From Eledone cirrhosa (taxonomy: Eukaryota): DNA of 64,000 nt. Position 1 is the stretch's first letter. The number at the start of each line of letters is the position of its first letter. This document shows, piece after piece, positions 27,915-41,556 of the stretch. The stretch covers positions 190,092,001 through 190,156,000 of the forward strand of contig OZ024742.1 in the NCBI GenBank assembly GCA_964016885.1, in the 5' to 3' direction. Position numbers and translations under genes: made by a program. The notes beneath the pieces are model-generated. The model made no database searches and had not been told where the DNA came from. It worked only from the letters and a program-made list of their open reading frames with translations.

Positions 27915-29989
27915 GAGTATCATGTACATGGCTTTTTAGTCTTGCTAGGGATTTGCCTATGGCCAGGAGTATCACATACGTGGCTTTTTAGTCTTGCTAG
28001 GGATTTGCCTATGGCCAGGAGTATCACGTACGTGGCTTTTTAGTCTTGCTAGGGATTTGCCTATGGCCAGGAGTATCACGTACGTGGGCTTTTTAGTGTT
28101 GCTAGGGATTTGCCTATGGCCAGGAGTATCACGTACGTGGCTTTTTAGTCTTGCTAGGGATTTGCCTATGGCCAGGAGTATCACGTACGTGGCTTTTTAG
28201 TCTTGCTAGGGATTTGCCTATGGCCAGGAGTATCACGTACGTGGCTTTTTAGTCTTGCTAGGGATTTGCCTATGGCCAGGAGTATAACGTACGTGGCTTT
28301 TTAGTCTTGCTAGGGATTTGCCTATGGCCAGGAGTATCACGTACGTGGCTTTTTAGTCTTGCTAGGGATTTGCCTATGGCCAGGAGTATAACGTACGTGG
28401 CTTTTTAGTCTTGCTAGGGATTTTCCTATGGCCAGGAGTATAACGTACGTGGCTTTTTAGTCTTGCTAGGGATTTTCCTATGGCCAGGAGTATCACGTAC
28501 GTGGCTTTTTAGTCTTGCTAGGGATTTGCCTATGGCCAGGAGTATCACGTACGTGGCTTTTTAGTCTTGCTAGGGATTTGCCTATGGCCAGGAGTATCAC
28601 GTACGTGGCTTTTTAGTCTTGCTAGGGATTTGCCTATGGCCAGGAGTATCACGTACGTGGCTTTTTAGTCTTGCTAGGGATTTGCCTATGGCCAGGAGTA
28701 TCACGTACGTGGCTTTTTAGTCTTGCTAGGGATTTGCCTATGGCCAGGAGTATCACGTACGTGGCCTTTTAGTCTTGCTAGGGATTTGCCTATGGCCAGG
28801 AGTATCACGTACGTGGCTTTTTAGTCTTGCTAGGGATTTGCCTATGGCCAGGAGTATCACGTACGTGGCTTTTTAGTCTTGCTAGGGATTTGCCTATGGC
28901 CAGGAGTATAACGTACGTGGCTTTTTAGTCTTGCTAGGGATTTGCCTATGGCCAGGAGTATCACGTACGTGGCTTTTTAGTCTTGCTAGGGATTTGCCTA
29001 TGGCCAGGAGTATAACGTACGTGGCTTTTTAGTCTTGCTAGGGATTTTCCTATGGCCAGGAGTATAACGTACGTGGCTTTTTAGTCTTGCTAGGGATTTT
29101 CCTATGGCCAGGAGTATCACGTACGTGGCTTTTTAGTCTTGCTAGGGATTTGCCTATGGCCAGGAGTATCACGTACGTGGCTTTTTAGTCTTGCTAGGGA
29201 TTTGCCTATGGCCAGGAGTATCACGTACGTGGCTTTTTAGTCTTGCTAGGGATTTGCCTATGGCCAGGAGTATCACGTACGTGGCTTTTTAGTCTTGCTA
29301 GGGATTTGCCTATGGCCAGGAGTATCACGTACGTGGCTTTTTAGTCTTGCTAGGGATTTGCCTATGGCCAGGAGTATCACGTACGTGGCCTTTTAGTCTT
29401 GCTAGGGATTTGCCTATGGCCAGGAGTATCACGTACGTGGCTTTTTAGTCTTGCTAGGGATTTGCCTATGGCCAGGAGTATCACGTACGTGGCTTTTTAG
29501 TCTTGCTAGGGATTTGCCTATGGCCAGGAGTATCACGTACGTGGCTTTTTAGTCTTGCTAGGGATTTGCCTATGGCCAGGAGTATCACGTACGTGGCTTT
29601 TTAGTCTTGCTAGGGATTTGCCTATGGCCAGGAGTATCACGTACGTGGCTTTTTAGTCTTGCTAGGGATTTGCCTATGGCCAGGAGTATCACGTACGTGG
29701 CTTTTTAGTCTTGCTAGGGATTTGCCTATGGCCAGGAGTATCACGTACGTGGCCTTTTAGTCTTGCTAGGGATTTGCCTATGGCCAGGAGTATCACGTAC
29801 GTGGCTTTTTAGTCTTGCTAGGGATTTGCCTATGGCCAGGAGTATCACGTACGTGGCTTTTTAGTCTTGCTAGGGATTTGCCTATGGCCAGGAGTATCAC
29901 GTACGTGGCTTTTTAGTCTTGCTAGGGATTTGCCTATGGCCAGGAGTATCACGTACGAGGCTTTTTAGTCTTGCTAGGGATTTGCCTAT
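27915..29989. repeat. 52-bp tandem satellite, about 40 copies
   Basis: Unit GGCTTTTTAGTCTTGCTAGGGATTTGCCTATGGCCAGGAGTATCACGTACGT. Phase repeats every 780 bp (15 x 52). No spacers. Confidence 0.97.
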
Positions 29990-30072
29990 AGCTAGCCATG
30001 TGTCGCAAAAAATGTCACATATCAAGCGGTTCCAATCCCACTCTCTGAACATCGAATGAATTTACCCTAAAA

Positions 30073-30138
<66 letters not shown>

Positions 30139-30508
30139 TTGTGTTTATGTGTGTGCTTGTGTTTACGTTTATTTATCGGTTCGACAAAAAGTGATCGATA
30201 AAATAATTACCAGAATTGAAGAAGTAAGTCGATATGATCGACAAAATATTTCAAGTTGTGGTCTTCCAACATGGCCACCGTCTAAACTTTTAAAAGAAAT
30301 AAATAATGTCAGAATAAGAAGAAAAAAGTTGTTTTCCTCCTCCTCCTCCTCCTCCTACTCCTACTACTCCTACTACTACTACCACCAGCATCACCACCAT
30401 CACCATGTTTGTATGTATGTATAGTATATATGCACGTATATGTATGTATTTGTATATATATATATATATATAATATAAGATCAAAAGATGGTTAAAGGAG
30501 TTCCATAT

Positions 30509-30577
30509 ATTTTATTATGCGCATTTCAAAAACAAACATCATCAAGCAATAATATTTGTGTTTTCATCAGATAAAAC
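30509..30577 (-). ncRNA. Type I hammerhead ribozyme (inverted copy of 35021-35089)
   Basis: Reverse complement of 35021-35089. Confidence 0.85.
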
Positions 30578-31270
30578 AGGAGAACATGATATGAAGGCTA
30601 AAAAAACACTTGTTGATAGTGCAGTTTTAAATCAACATATGAAAAGTGGTTTTAGATTGATGTGTGATATTGGGAAAAATATTTTATTTAGAGAGGGGGG
30701 GGGGGAGGGAAAGGATGAAAAGGGAAGGAGATGAGAGGGAGAGATGGGTGATAGAGAGAAAGAGATAGTTTTTATAACTGAGAGGAGATATATTTTTACA
30801 TAGAGGGGTTGAAAACCGTTGGAAGATACTGTATAAATTAAAAATTTGAAAATTAACGAAGGGAGGATATGTGCGAGGAAAAAATATTTTATTTAGGGAG
30901 GGTAGGGTGGAAAGGATGAAAAAAAGGGGGGAGGAGATGAGAGTGAAGGTGGAGAGGGAGAGATGGGTGATAGAGAGAAAGAGATAGTTTTTATAACTGA
31001 GAAAAAGATATATTGTTTTAATATAGAGAGGTTGGGAACCGTTGGAAGATAATGTATAAATTAAAGGAATTTGAAAATTAACGAAGGGAAATTATGTATG
31101 AAGATAGAGAGAAGAAAATAATAATTGTGGGTGAATATTCTAACGTCAAAAGAAGAAATGTATGTATTGTGGCAATTTCAAAATTAGCGAAGAGAAAAAT
31201 TGTTAAGGTAGAAGGATTTGAGAAGTGTAGAAGGATTTGAGAAAAATAATGTGAAGTTAAAGTTTGTATA

Positions 31271-32416
31271 TTGAATGAGAATCTTAATTATGTTAACTTT
31301 AAATCTAACCATCCTACCAATATCAAGAATGCTATAGTTAATAATATTGGAAATCGAATATCTAACATATCTTCTAATAAAAACATCTTTGATGCTAACG
31401 CCAATTACTATAATAACGCACTTTCTAAAGCCGGCTATCCAGATAAAATCAAATATAATAAAGAAACAAATTCTAGGAAAACTTACAGTAGAATAATTAA
31501 TCTTGACCATTCCAATAATTTTAATAAAAGACCTAGATACAAAAACATAATCTGGTATAATGCTCCTTTCTCCATCTCTATTAATAACAATATTCCTAAA
31601 TTATTTTTTAGTGCCTTAAATAAATGCTTCCCTCCCTCACATATCTATAGTAAAATATTTAACAAACACACCATCAAATTTTCGTATTCTACATCCTCCA
31701 ATATTTCCAACATCATCTCTAAACACAACAACAAAATATTAAATACTAAATCTCTTCCTTCCAATATTGAATTTCATAATAACAGTAATAGTACTCCCGA
31801 CGTCATTGTAAACCCTAGGCTAACTTCTGTAAACCCAAATACAACGTCAAACACAACTTCGCTAAATGTTCATAATCCAACTCTAAATCAAGAAACTATT
31901 ATTCCTATTATTCCTATCGCAAACAACTTCTCCAATCCAATTCCTTCTATAGATAACACTAGATCACTCATTAATAATCTCTCTAATTGCAACTGCCGCA
32001 TTAAAAATAAATGTCCTCTCAACAACCATTGCCTCGATAAAAACTTAATTTATGAATGTAAAATTATAACTAGCACCAATTCCTTCACCTATTTTGGCTC
32101 CACTTCCACCTCTTTTAAAGCTCGTCTCTATAATCATCATTCATCTTTCAAATACAAACTTAAAAGAACTAACACTGCTCTCTCAGAACTCATATGGTCC
32201 TTAAAAGACAAAAACATTAAATATAACATCTTTTGGAAAAAGATTTCTTCTGCATCCTCATACTTGAAGAGCTCTCTATCTAAAATCTGTAATCTCTGCC
32301 TAAATGAAAAATTTACCATTATCTCTAACCTAGAATCTATAATAAATAGACGCTCAGATTTGTTTTCTATCTGCCTGCATAAATTCCATAGAACTTTTCA
32401 CAAAGTATACAGTTAA
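31271..32416 (+). pseudogene. 5'-truncated PLE ORF (RT thumb, linker, Cys motif, GIY-YIG endonuclease)
   Basis: YVNFKSNHP, IIWYNAPFS, KIFNKHTIKFSYS, CNCRIKNKCPLNNHC..LIY..YFGST..FKARLYNH..CNLCLNEK..CLHK. Uninterrupted frame. Confidence 0.88.
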
Positions 32417-35020
32417 TATTCAATTCTTTATCAATTTAGAATCTTTTCTCAAAGGCACATACATATACATACACCTCTTTAAAATATACCCTTCTACCAT
32501 ACTTTAAAGGGCATTATACACTCTATAATACTTGTTTACTCATTACCCTCATTCTATCTTCTCGTAAAATAATAACATTTGTTTTTGACATTTTGAACAT
32601 TTTGAATATTCATCCGCAATCATTATTATTTTTTCTCTCTATCATAAATCTTTTTAATCTCAATTTCATCCTTAATTTATTATTATTTTTTTCTCCCCAT
32701 CAACGAACTCATTATTAATACATATCAATTCAATATACAAACTTTAACTTCACATTATTTTTCTCAAATCCTTCTACACTTCTCAAATCCTTCTACCTTA
32801 ACAATTTTTCTCTTGTCCTCTCAACAACCATTGCCCCGATAAAAACTTAATTTATGAATGTAAAATTATAACTAGCACCAATTCCTTCACCTATTTTGGC
32901 TCCACTTCCACCTCTTTTAAAGCTCGTCTCTATAATCATCATTCATCTTTCAAATACAAACTTAAAAGAACTAACACTGCTCTCTCAGAACTCATATGGT
33001 CCTTAAAAGACAAAAACATTAAATATAACATCTTTTGGAAAAAGATTTCTTCTGCATCCTCATACTTGAAGAGCTCTCTATCTAAAATCTGTAATCTCTG
33101 CCTAAATGAAAAATTTACCATTATCTCTAACCTAGAATCAACAATAAATAGACGCTCAGATTTGTTTTCTATCTGCCTGCATAAATTCCATAGAACTTTT
33201 CACAAAGTATACAGTTAATATTCAATTCTTTATCAATTTAGAATCTTTTCTCAAAGGCACATATACATACACCTCTTTAAAATATACCCTTCTACCATAC
33301 TTTAAAGGGCATTATACACTCTATAATACTTGTTTACTCATTACCCTCATTCTATCTTCTCGTAAAATAATAACATTTGTTTTTGACATTTTGAACATTT
33401 TGAATATTCATCCGCAATCATTATTATTTTTTCTCTCTATCATAAATCTTTTTAATCTCAATTTCATCCTTAATTTATTATTATTTTTTTCTCCCCATCA
33501 ACGAACTCATTATTAATACATATCAATTCAATATACAAACTTTAACTTCACATTATTTTTCTCAAATCCTTCTACACTTCTCAAATCCTTCTACCTTAAC
33601 AATTTTTCTCTTGTCCTCTCAACAACCATTGCCTCGATAAAAACTTAATTTATGAATGTAAAATTATAACTAGCACCAATTCCTTCACCTATTTTGGCTC
33701 CACTTCCACCTCTTTTAAAGCTCGTCTCTATAATCATCATTCATCTTTCAAATACAAACTTAAAAGAACTAACACTGCTCTCTCAGAACTCATATGGTCC
33801 TTAAAAGACAAAAACATTAAATATAACATCTTTTCGAAAAAGATTTCTTCTGCATCCTCATACTTGAACAGCTCTCTATCTAAAATCTGTAATCTCTGCC
33901 TAAATGAAAAATTTACCATTATCTCTAACCTAGAATCAACAATAAATAGACGCTCAGATTTGTTTTCTATCTGCCTGCATAAATTCCATAGAACTTTTCA
34001 CAAAGTATACAGTTAATATTCAATTCTTTATCAATTTAGAATCTTTTCTCAAAGGCACATATACATACACCTCTTTAAAATATACCCTTCTACCATACTT
34101 TAAAGGGCATTATACACTCTATAATACTTGTTTACTCATTACCCTCATTCTATCTTCTCGTAAAATAATAACATTTGTTTTTGACATTTTGAACATTTTG
34201 AATATTCATCCGCAATCATTATTATTTTTTCTCTCTATCATAAATCTTTTTAATCTCAATTTCATCCTTAATTTATTATTATTTTTTTCTCCCCATCAAC
34301 GAACTCATTATTAATACATATCAATTCAATATACAAACTTTAACTTCACATTATTTTTCTCAAATCCTTCTACACTTCTCAAATCCTTCTACCTTAACAA
34401 TTTTTCTCTTCGCTAATTTTGAAATTGCCACAATACATACATTTCTTCTTTTGACGTTAGAATATTCACCCACAATTATTATTTTCTTCTCTCTATCTTC
34501 ATACATAATTTCCCTTCGTTAATTTTCAAATTCCTTTAATTTATACATTATCTTCCAACGGTTCCCAACCTCTCTATATTAAAACAATATATCTTTTTCT
34601 CAGTTATAAAAACTATCTCTTTCTCTCTATCACCCATCTCTCCCTCTCCACCTTCACTCTCATCTCCTCCCCCCTTTTTTTCATCCTTTCCACCCCACCC
34701 TCCCTAAATAAAATATTTTTTCCTCGCACATATCCTCCCTTCGTTAATTTTCAAATTTTTAATTTATACAGTATCTTCCAACGGTTTTCAACCCCTCTAT
34801 GTAAAAAATATATCTCCTCTCAGTTATAAAAACTATCTCTTTCTCTCTATCACCCATCTCTCCCTCTCATCTCCTTCCCTTTTCATCCTTTCCCTCCCCC
34901 CCCTCTCTAAACAAAATATTTTTCCCAATATCACACATCAATCTAAAACCACTTTTCATATGTTGATTTAAAACTGCACTATCAACAAGTGTTTTTTTAG
35001 CCTTCATATCATGTTCTCCT

Positions 35021-35089
35021 GTTTTATCTGATGAAAACACAAATATTATTGCTTGATGATGTTTGTTTTTGAAATGCGCATAATAAAAT
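35021..35089 (+). ncRNA. Type I hammerhead ribozyme
   Basis: GTTTTAT-CTGATGA-16-bp stem II (1 mismatch, GCTT loop)-GAAA-TGCGCA-TA^-ATAAAAT. Predicted cleavage after 35082. Confidence 0.85.
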
Positions 35090-35405
35090 ATATGGAACTC
35101 CTTTAACCATCTTTTGATCTTATATTATGCATACTCCAGTCCCACAAACTGTAGAGTGCTTCTTATCCGATATCTGCATTGCTTTATTGTACTACAATAA
35201 AACTCACCTCCTACATTATATATATATATATGTATATATATTTAATACAATAACAGAGAAAGCTTTAAGCTAAACTCTGACTGGTAACCATCTCACTCAA
35301 CAAACATTAGGATATACGTTAGTATAATCCCAATTTTGTGTTTGGGGTGCTAACTATATGTATTTTGTGGAAAGCCAGTTGTATTATTTTATATGAGATA
35401 TAAAT

Positions 35406-35491
<86 letters not shown>

Positions 35492-35592
35492 TAATAACTC
35501 CAGAAAACCTTTTTCTGTCGAGTGCTTCTAATCTATTGTAAAACTATATTCATTGAGTAATCAATGAACCTTGTTTAACTTTTGGTTATATA

Positions 35593-35686
<94 letters not shown>

Positions 35687-36490
35687 CATAGTATATATAC
35701 ATGTATGTATGTATGTATTTGTGCATATATATGTTGAAAATATGCATATATTCAAATGGCGAAATTTACGTTATATATGAAAATTTCGAAAGCAAACCAA
35801 CACCAACACCAACAAAAAATTCCACCCCCATGCCATCCCCGAAATAAAATAATCAACAAATAAAACTATAAGTGTTGCCTATATATTACGGTTTAAAATA
35901 AATATAACAAGCCATAATTTTACCTAAAATCAAAAAATCAAATCAAAATCAAAGTAAAATAGAAATATCTTGTAATATATTTTATGTGGTGTATTATGTT
36001 ACACAAAATTGTCAAATTCTTCAAAATTCTTTCAGTAATGTCTTATTCATACAGGTTTCTATATATATTTAAATATTCCACCAATAATAATATGCTATAT
36101 TCTGGTTAGAATAAAATGTAAAAAAGAAAATTCATTGAAAATGTTTCAGAGTTTCTTTAAGGAAGCAAAGTTGAAGTAAAAGAAAGGAGAAGAAAAATGT
36201 ATGGTTTCTTTGAAATATGTTGACTAGGCACAAAAATTTGAAAAATGTCAAAATGAGAAAGTTGAATATAGGGAGAGACTGTTTGTATGGCGTTCATTCA
36301 TTTTTTCATCCCCCCCCCCACACACAGGTACTGACACATACACACACACATAGGGAGAGAACCACACACACACACATAGACAGAGACACATATATATATA
36401 TAGAGAGAGAGATACATACACACACATATCTTTCTATCTCTCTCTCTATCACCCTCTCTCTCTATGTATATATACATGTATATATATATA

Positions 36491-36542
<52 letters not shown>

Positions 36543-36676
36543 CATACACACACACACACATATATATATATATACATATATATATATATTTTTTTTATAT
36601 ATACTCATATATTATATATATATATATTATATATATATATATATATAAATATATACATACATACACACACACACAT

Positions 36677-36785
<109 letters not shown>

Positions 36786-36823
36786 CATATATATATATAT
36801 TTTATATATACTCATATATTATA

Positions 36824-36876
<53 letters not shown>

Positions 36877-37372
36877 AAGAAGATATTAAAGAATCGATCC
36901 CATGCTATCTATAACGTCAATATTTTCCAAAAGAAAAAAAAATCCACTCGATTCTTTTGGAGTTATCTCGCTCGTTGTTTTTTCGATTTTAAACACACAG
37001 ATGCAGTTTTTGTCTATTAGCTATTAGTTGAATCAATAATAGCATTTAATCGAGGTATTTCAATTCGGTGTACATGCACAACACCGATTGTCCGGCACCG
37101 GTTAGTCCAGCACATCCTTCTTCTAGTTAAGCACACTCTTCTCCATAATAAAATAATTTCATTTTAGCAAAGTGAGGCGCTTTGGTTTTGATATTTTTTG
37201 CTTTGACCACACTAAGAAAATTACTAAGCCTGCCTTTTCCATCTCACATTCAACACCCACACAAATCATGTTTTATGCCATAACAGCATACGACATTTTC
37301 CACAGCTTTAGATGTTTTCTCAGTGTTGGTCTGCAGGAAAGATGTTTAGTTATTTCTGTACTGATCACAGGG

Positions 37373-37628
37373 AATTATTTGATTTTTGAGTTCAAATCCC
37401 GCCGAGTTAACTTTGCCTTTCATCCTTACGGGGTCGATAAAATAAAGTACCAGTAATGCACTGGGTAATTGTTGACCTTGTGCCAAAAGTAGAAACAATT
37501 ATTTGATTTTTGAGTTCAAATCCCGCCGAGGTTAACTTTGCCTTTCATCCTTACGGGGTCGATAAAATAAAGTACCAGTAATGCACTGGGTAATTGCTGG
37601 CCTTGTGCCAAAAGTAGAAACAATTATT
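37373..37628 (+). mobile_element. Tandem duplication (about 124 bp x2) of a truncated SINE family 1
   Basis: AATTATTTGATTTTTGAGTTCAAATCCCGCC at 37373 and 37497. Confidence 0.85.
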
Positions 37629-37651
37629 TAATATTTAATTTAATTTTACAT

Positions 37652-38228
37652 TTGGTAATCAGAAGAAGGGAGGTAGGTGTAAGAGCCCAACTCACTATCT
37701 TCAATTCGGTATTCGTGCCAACCCTTACCTATGGTCATGAATCTTGGGTAATGATTGAAAGAATACGATCGAGAATTCAAGCGGCCGAACGGGGCTTTCT
37801 TCAAAGGGTCTTTGGAGTAACGTTACTCTATAGAGTGCGTAGCTCGGAGATCAGCGAGTCACTCCAGGTAGAGCCGCTACTTCTGCGAATTGAGCGATCA
37901 GAGTTCCGTTATTATGTGCATGTGTTTATAATGTTTGGAAAGACCAACTGGACAGATTTTACGGGCAAAAACCAACTGGCAGGAGACACAGGGGTAGACC
38001 CCGTGCAAGAAGGTTGAATAATATCCATGAGCTTTGCTGCTCTTGCTTGGAGATCCAGCTGGACTAGTTAGTTATGGTTGCCTCTGACAAGACCCACAAG
38101 AATGAATGTTTGAGGACTGCCACCAAGACCTCTCAGGAATAAGTGGGCGAAAAAGAAGAAGAAGAAGAAGAAGAAGAAGAAGAAGAAGAAGAAGAAGAAG
38201 AAGAAGAAGAAGAAGAAGAAGAAGAAGA
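37652..38228 (+). mobile_element. RTE-clade LINE 3' fragment with (GAA)n tail
   Basis: IFNSVFVPTLTYGHESWVM..RIQAAE..FLQRV.GVT...RVRS, then GRPR in another frame. (GAA)n at 38154-38228. Confidence 0.8.
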
Positions 38229-38332
38229 CATTTATATAGAACATTTATCCTTGCCCTAGGTTGCTGCCTAGTTGGCCTAATGTAGCACCAGCACTGATTG
38301 CAGTTTTATTGAAAAATTACAATTTCCAATAT

Positions 38333-38515
38333 ATAATTGTCTATACTTTAGGCACAAGGCCTGCAATTATCCAGTGCATTACTGGTACTTTATTTTATCG
38401 ACCCCGTAAGGATGAAAGACAAACTTAACCTCGGCGGGATTTGAACTCAGAACGTAAAGAGCCACAACTCTATGCTAAACAGCATGGTGTCTGACGCTCT
38501 ACCAATACTGCCAAC
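38333..38515 (-). mobile_element. SINE family 1
   Basis: Head, core and tail present. Confidence 0.88.
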
Positions 38516-38826
38516 CACGGTCGATATATAATATGATGTGTATAGTCACGTATACAGAATTGAAAGTGCTTATGTTCAACAAGTGCAGAAATGTGCAGCA
38601 ACTGCATCTTATATGCAACAGTGTCTCATGTATAATGTTCAAGTTAATCCTATACGTATATGTGCATATTAACACATCTATCTATCTATCTATCTATCTA
38701 TCTACCTACTTATCTACCTACAAAACCAACCAACCAACTAACCAGCCAACCAACCAACCAACCTACCTACCTACCTACCTACCTACCTACCTACCTACCT
38801 ACCTGTCTACATACCTTACTACAAAC

Positions 38827-38870
<44 letters not shown>

Positions 38871-39354
38871 TTACTTATTTACCTATCTACCTAAACTCAA
38901 ATTCAAACTTCAAAAATATTTAAGAAGATTAAAGAAATCTTAAAGCTTCTTTTATTTTTTCTTCTCATTACTTTACTCGACTGACTGAACACGTTAGTTA
39001 CAGAAAGAAACTTTAACTTTGCTCTGTCGCAGTATGAGGCATTAGAGATTTCGTTTAGGAGTGTTTATTTTTTTTAGTAGAAAATTGAAGTAGAAGCAGA
39101 TGGTGTAGCTGAAATAAATAGGATATATAAAAAATAAAGGTAAAGGTAAACTATTTCAATGGGAGATTAAAACTTTGTTCTTATCTTTGATTTTCAGTAT
39201 ATAATCATTTAAAGTTGTTTGGTAGAGTAGTCCCGTTATTTCTATATTTTGAGTTTGAATACCGTCAAGCTCAACATTATCTTTCATCCTTTTGGTCTCG
39301 ATAGAGTAATATACCTGTTAGATACACGGGTCAGTTAAAATACTGTTTAGTTTA

Positions 39355-39632
39355 AAGTCTGCCTCAAGCCAGGAGGCTCACCAGGCCGGTATAACCCGGT
39401 TTCGTGGTGTGAAGTGACTGAGAATACAAGACTTTCCCCTTGCCTAGACAGGACGCCAGTCCATCATAGGCTTAAATCTTCAGCTATTGCTGGTACTTAT
39501 TTCCTGATGAGTATAATGGAGCAACATGGAACAAAGTGTTTTGTTCAAGAACACAACACACAACTAATTCCAGATCGAACCTACGATATTATGGTCATAA
39601 CTCCAACAGCCTTACCACTAGGCAACACGCCT
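39355..39632 (-). mobile_element. Diverged tRNA-derived SINE (family 3)
   Basis: Minus strand GGCGTGTTGCCTAGTGGTAAGG (box A), GGTTCGATC (box B), TTGTGTTCTTGAACAAAACACTT. Confidence 0.6.
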
Positions 39633-40239
39633 ATACTACTGGCGGGGGTTAATTTAATCTACTTTCCTCCCTTCTTCTTCATACACGTTGATATTATGAT
39701 CATGTTGTTTAGATGATTAGACAACAGGAATACTCATCGTCGAAATCGGTGGAGAGCCATTTCATTCCAAATACTGATTTTTTCAGTATATAAGCCTTCT
39801 ATAGAAGAACAAGGTTTTTATAGAAAAGTATTTCAAATATTTTTATTCAAAAACTTCAAATTGATGTTTAAAAAAAATGTGTTGTTCCATACACAGATAA
39901 GTTCAAAAGTTATTTTTCATCACGTTGAACACTGATTACAAAGAATTTGCAGATGACCCCCCCCCCACACACACAGGCACATACAGACACGCACATATGC
40001 ATACACTTAACGATATGTATGTGTGTACATATAATTGTATGACCCGTAACTCCTTGGGTAAACATATAACCCGTAACTCCTTGGGTAATCGTAAGGCCGC
40101 TGTAGAGTAATATTGCGTTTCTTGAGCATTTTAAACCTGGCGGAGACTATCCTTCTCCAGATGTGAACTCTGCTGATTTGTTTCAGGGAAGAAGAAAAAG
40201 AAGAAGAAGAAGAAGGAGAGAGAGAGAGAGAGAGAAAGG

Positions 40240-40530
40240 GGGGAGGCGGTGAATTGACCCCAGTGCTAGACTGGTACTATTTTTTTAAATTGACCTCGAA
40301 AGGATCAAATACAAAGTTGACCTCGGTGGGATTTGAACAAAGATACCGCAGAGAGCAAGAATAAATACAATAAAAGGTTCTATCTGACGTTACAACGATT
40401 GCCAATTTACAGCCCTTTTAATATTGTTTCTACTTTTGGCACAAGGCCAGCAATTACCCAGTACATTACTGGTACTTTATTTTATCAACCCCGTAAGGAT
40501 GAAAGGCAAAGTTAACCTCGACGGGATTTA
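40240..40530 (-). mobile_element. Two SINE family 1 copies (one old, one young truncated)
   Basis: Diverged copy at 40240-40415, young core + tail at 40420-40530. Confidence 0.75.
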
Positions 40531-41485
40531 GCAGATATAAGAATCATAAATAGACTTTGTTTTATCTTTTGCTGTTTATTTTATTAACTACGTGAGGGCG
40601 AGGGGTTTTTTCAGTAGGAATGGAGTTTTCGTCAAGTGAGATTTCAGTCCGGTAGGAATGATGGTTTTGTCCTCGGAGAATTTGTCCGGTAGGAGTTTTG
40701 TTATGTAACCGGATGCATTAGATCGTATGACAAAAAACTCCCACAAATATACTGCGGTTACTGGGATGTAGCCAAAGGCCATACAATATTTAAAAGTCCC
40801 TAGAATAAGTGTTGCTGCCATAAATTACACACCAGGGCTCCGATGAAAATTTCAACCAGCTGCACCCCATGCAAGTTTAATCCTAAATTTCCTTCCGCAG
40901 CCAAACAGACCTTAACGTATCCATGGAAATAAAAAGTTTCGAGTCAGTAGTTATCTGTAGGTATTTTGTGAATGGAATGGAAATAAAAAGACTGCCATAT
41001 TTACAATGGTCGTAAAGAACTGCATCTCATATCAGTAAACACATTTAATCGCTTACAAGGACGTTAGACTCTGTACGAAAATGAGATATAGAAATTGGAG
41101 ACATAAGAAATATACTTCTCATAGCAAAACATTTTTCTCGATAGAAATAATGTATTGTTCTTAACGAAGAGATTTTCTTCAGGCATAGATTTCACGCCAA
41201 GTAATTTTTGTAGCGCATCTTCGACACTTCCCTCCTCTTTTTCAAGAGTTCCACACGCACACATACACTCACCCATACACACACGCGCACACACACACAC
41301 ACACACGCACACACACAGACACGCGCGCGCGCACACACACACACGCACACGCACACACACACACACACACACACATGCGCATACATGCACACATATGTAC
41401 ACAAACACATGTATATGTATAGGTGTGTGTTTATATATATTTATATATATATATATATACTTGAATATATATATATATACCTTTC

Positions 41486-41549
<64 letters not shown>

Positions 41550-41556
41550 ATATATA

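Larger units (their letters stand above)
30470..35216 (+). mobile_element. Naiad-like PLE insertion: inverted 5' arm + RT thumb/GIY-YIG + triple tandem duplication + pLTR
   Basis: 30470-31276 is the reverse complement of 34324-35128. About 800-bp units start at 32012, 32814 and 33612. Confidence 0.92.

Noticed and set aside
27915-29989. CRISPR-like array
   Set aside because: Units are contiguous and near-identical with no unique spacers, there are no cas genes, and the context is eukaryotic.
31985-32400. Selenocysteine-recoded Naiad ORF (reported for some Naiads)
   Set aside because: The visible Cys positions here and at 44.6-45.1 kb and 52.85-52.93 kb use TGT/TGC, with no in-frame TGA at those sites.
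39500-39520. CTGATGAG core inside a SINE
   Set aside because: No stem II or GAAA partner.
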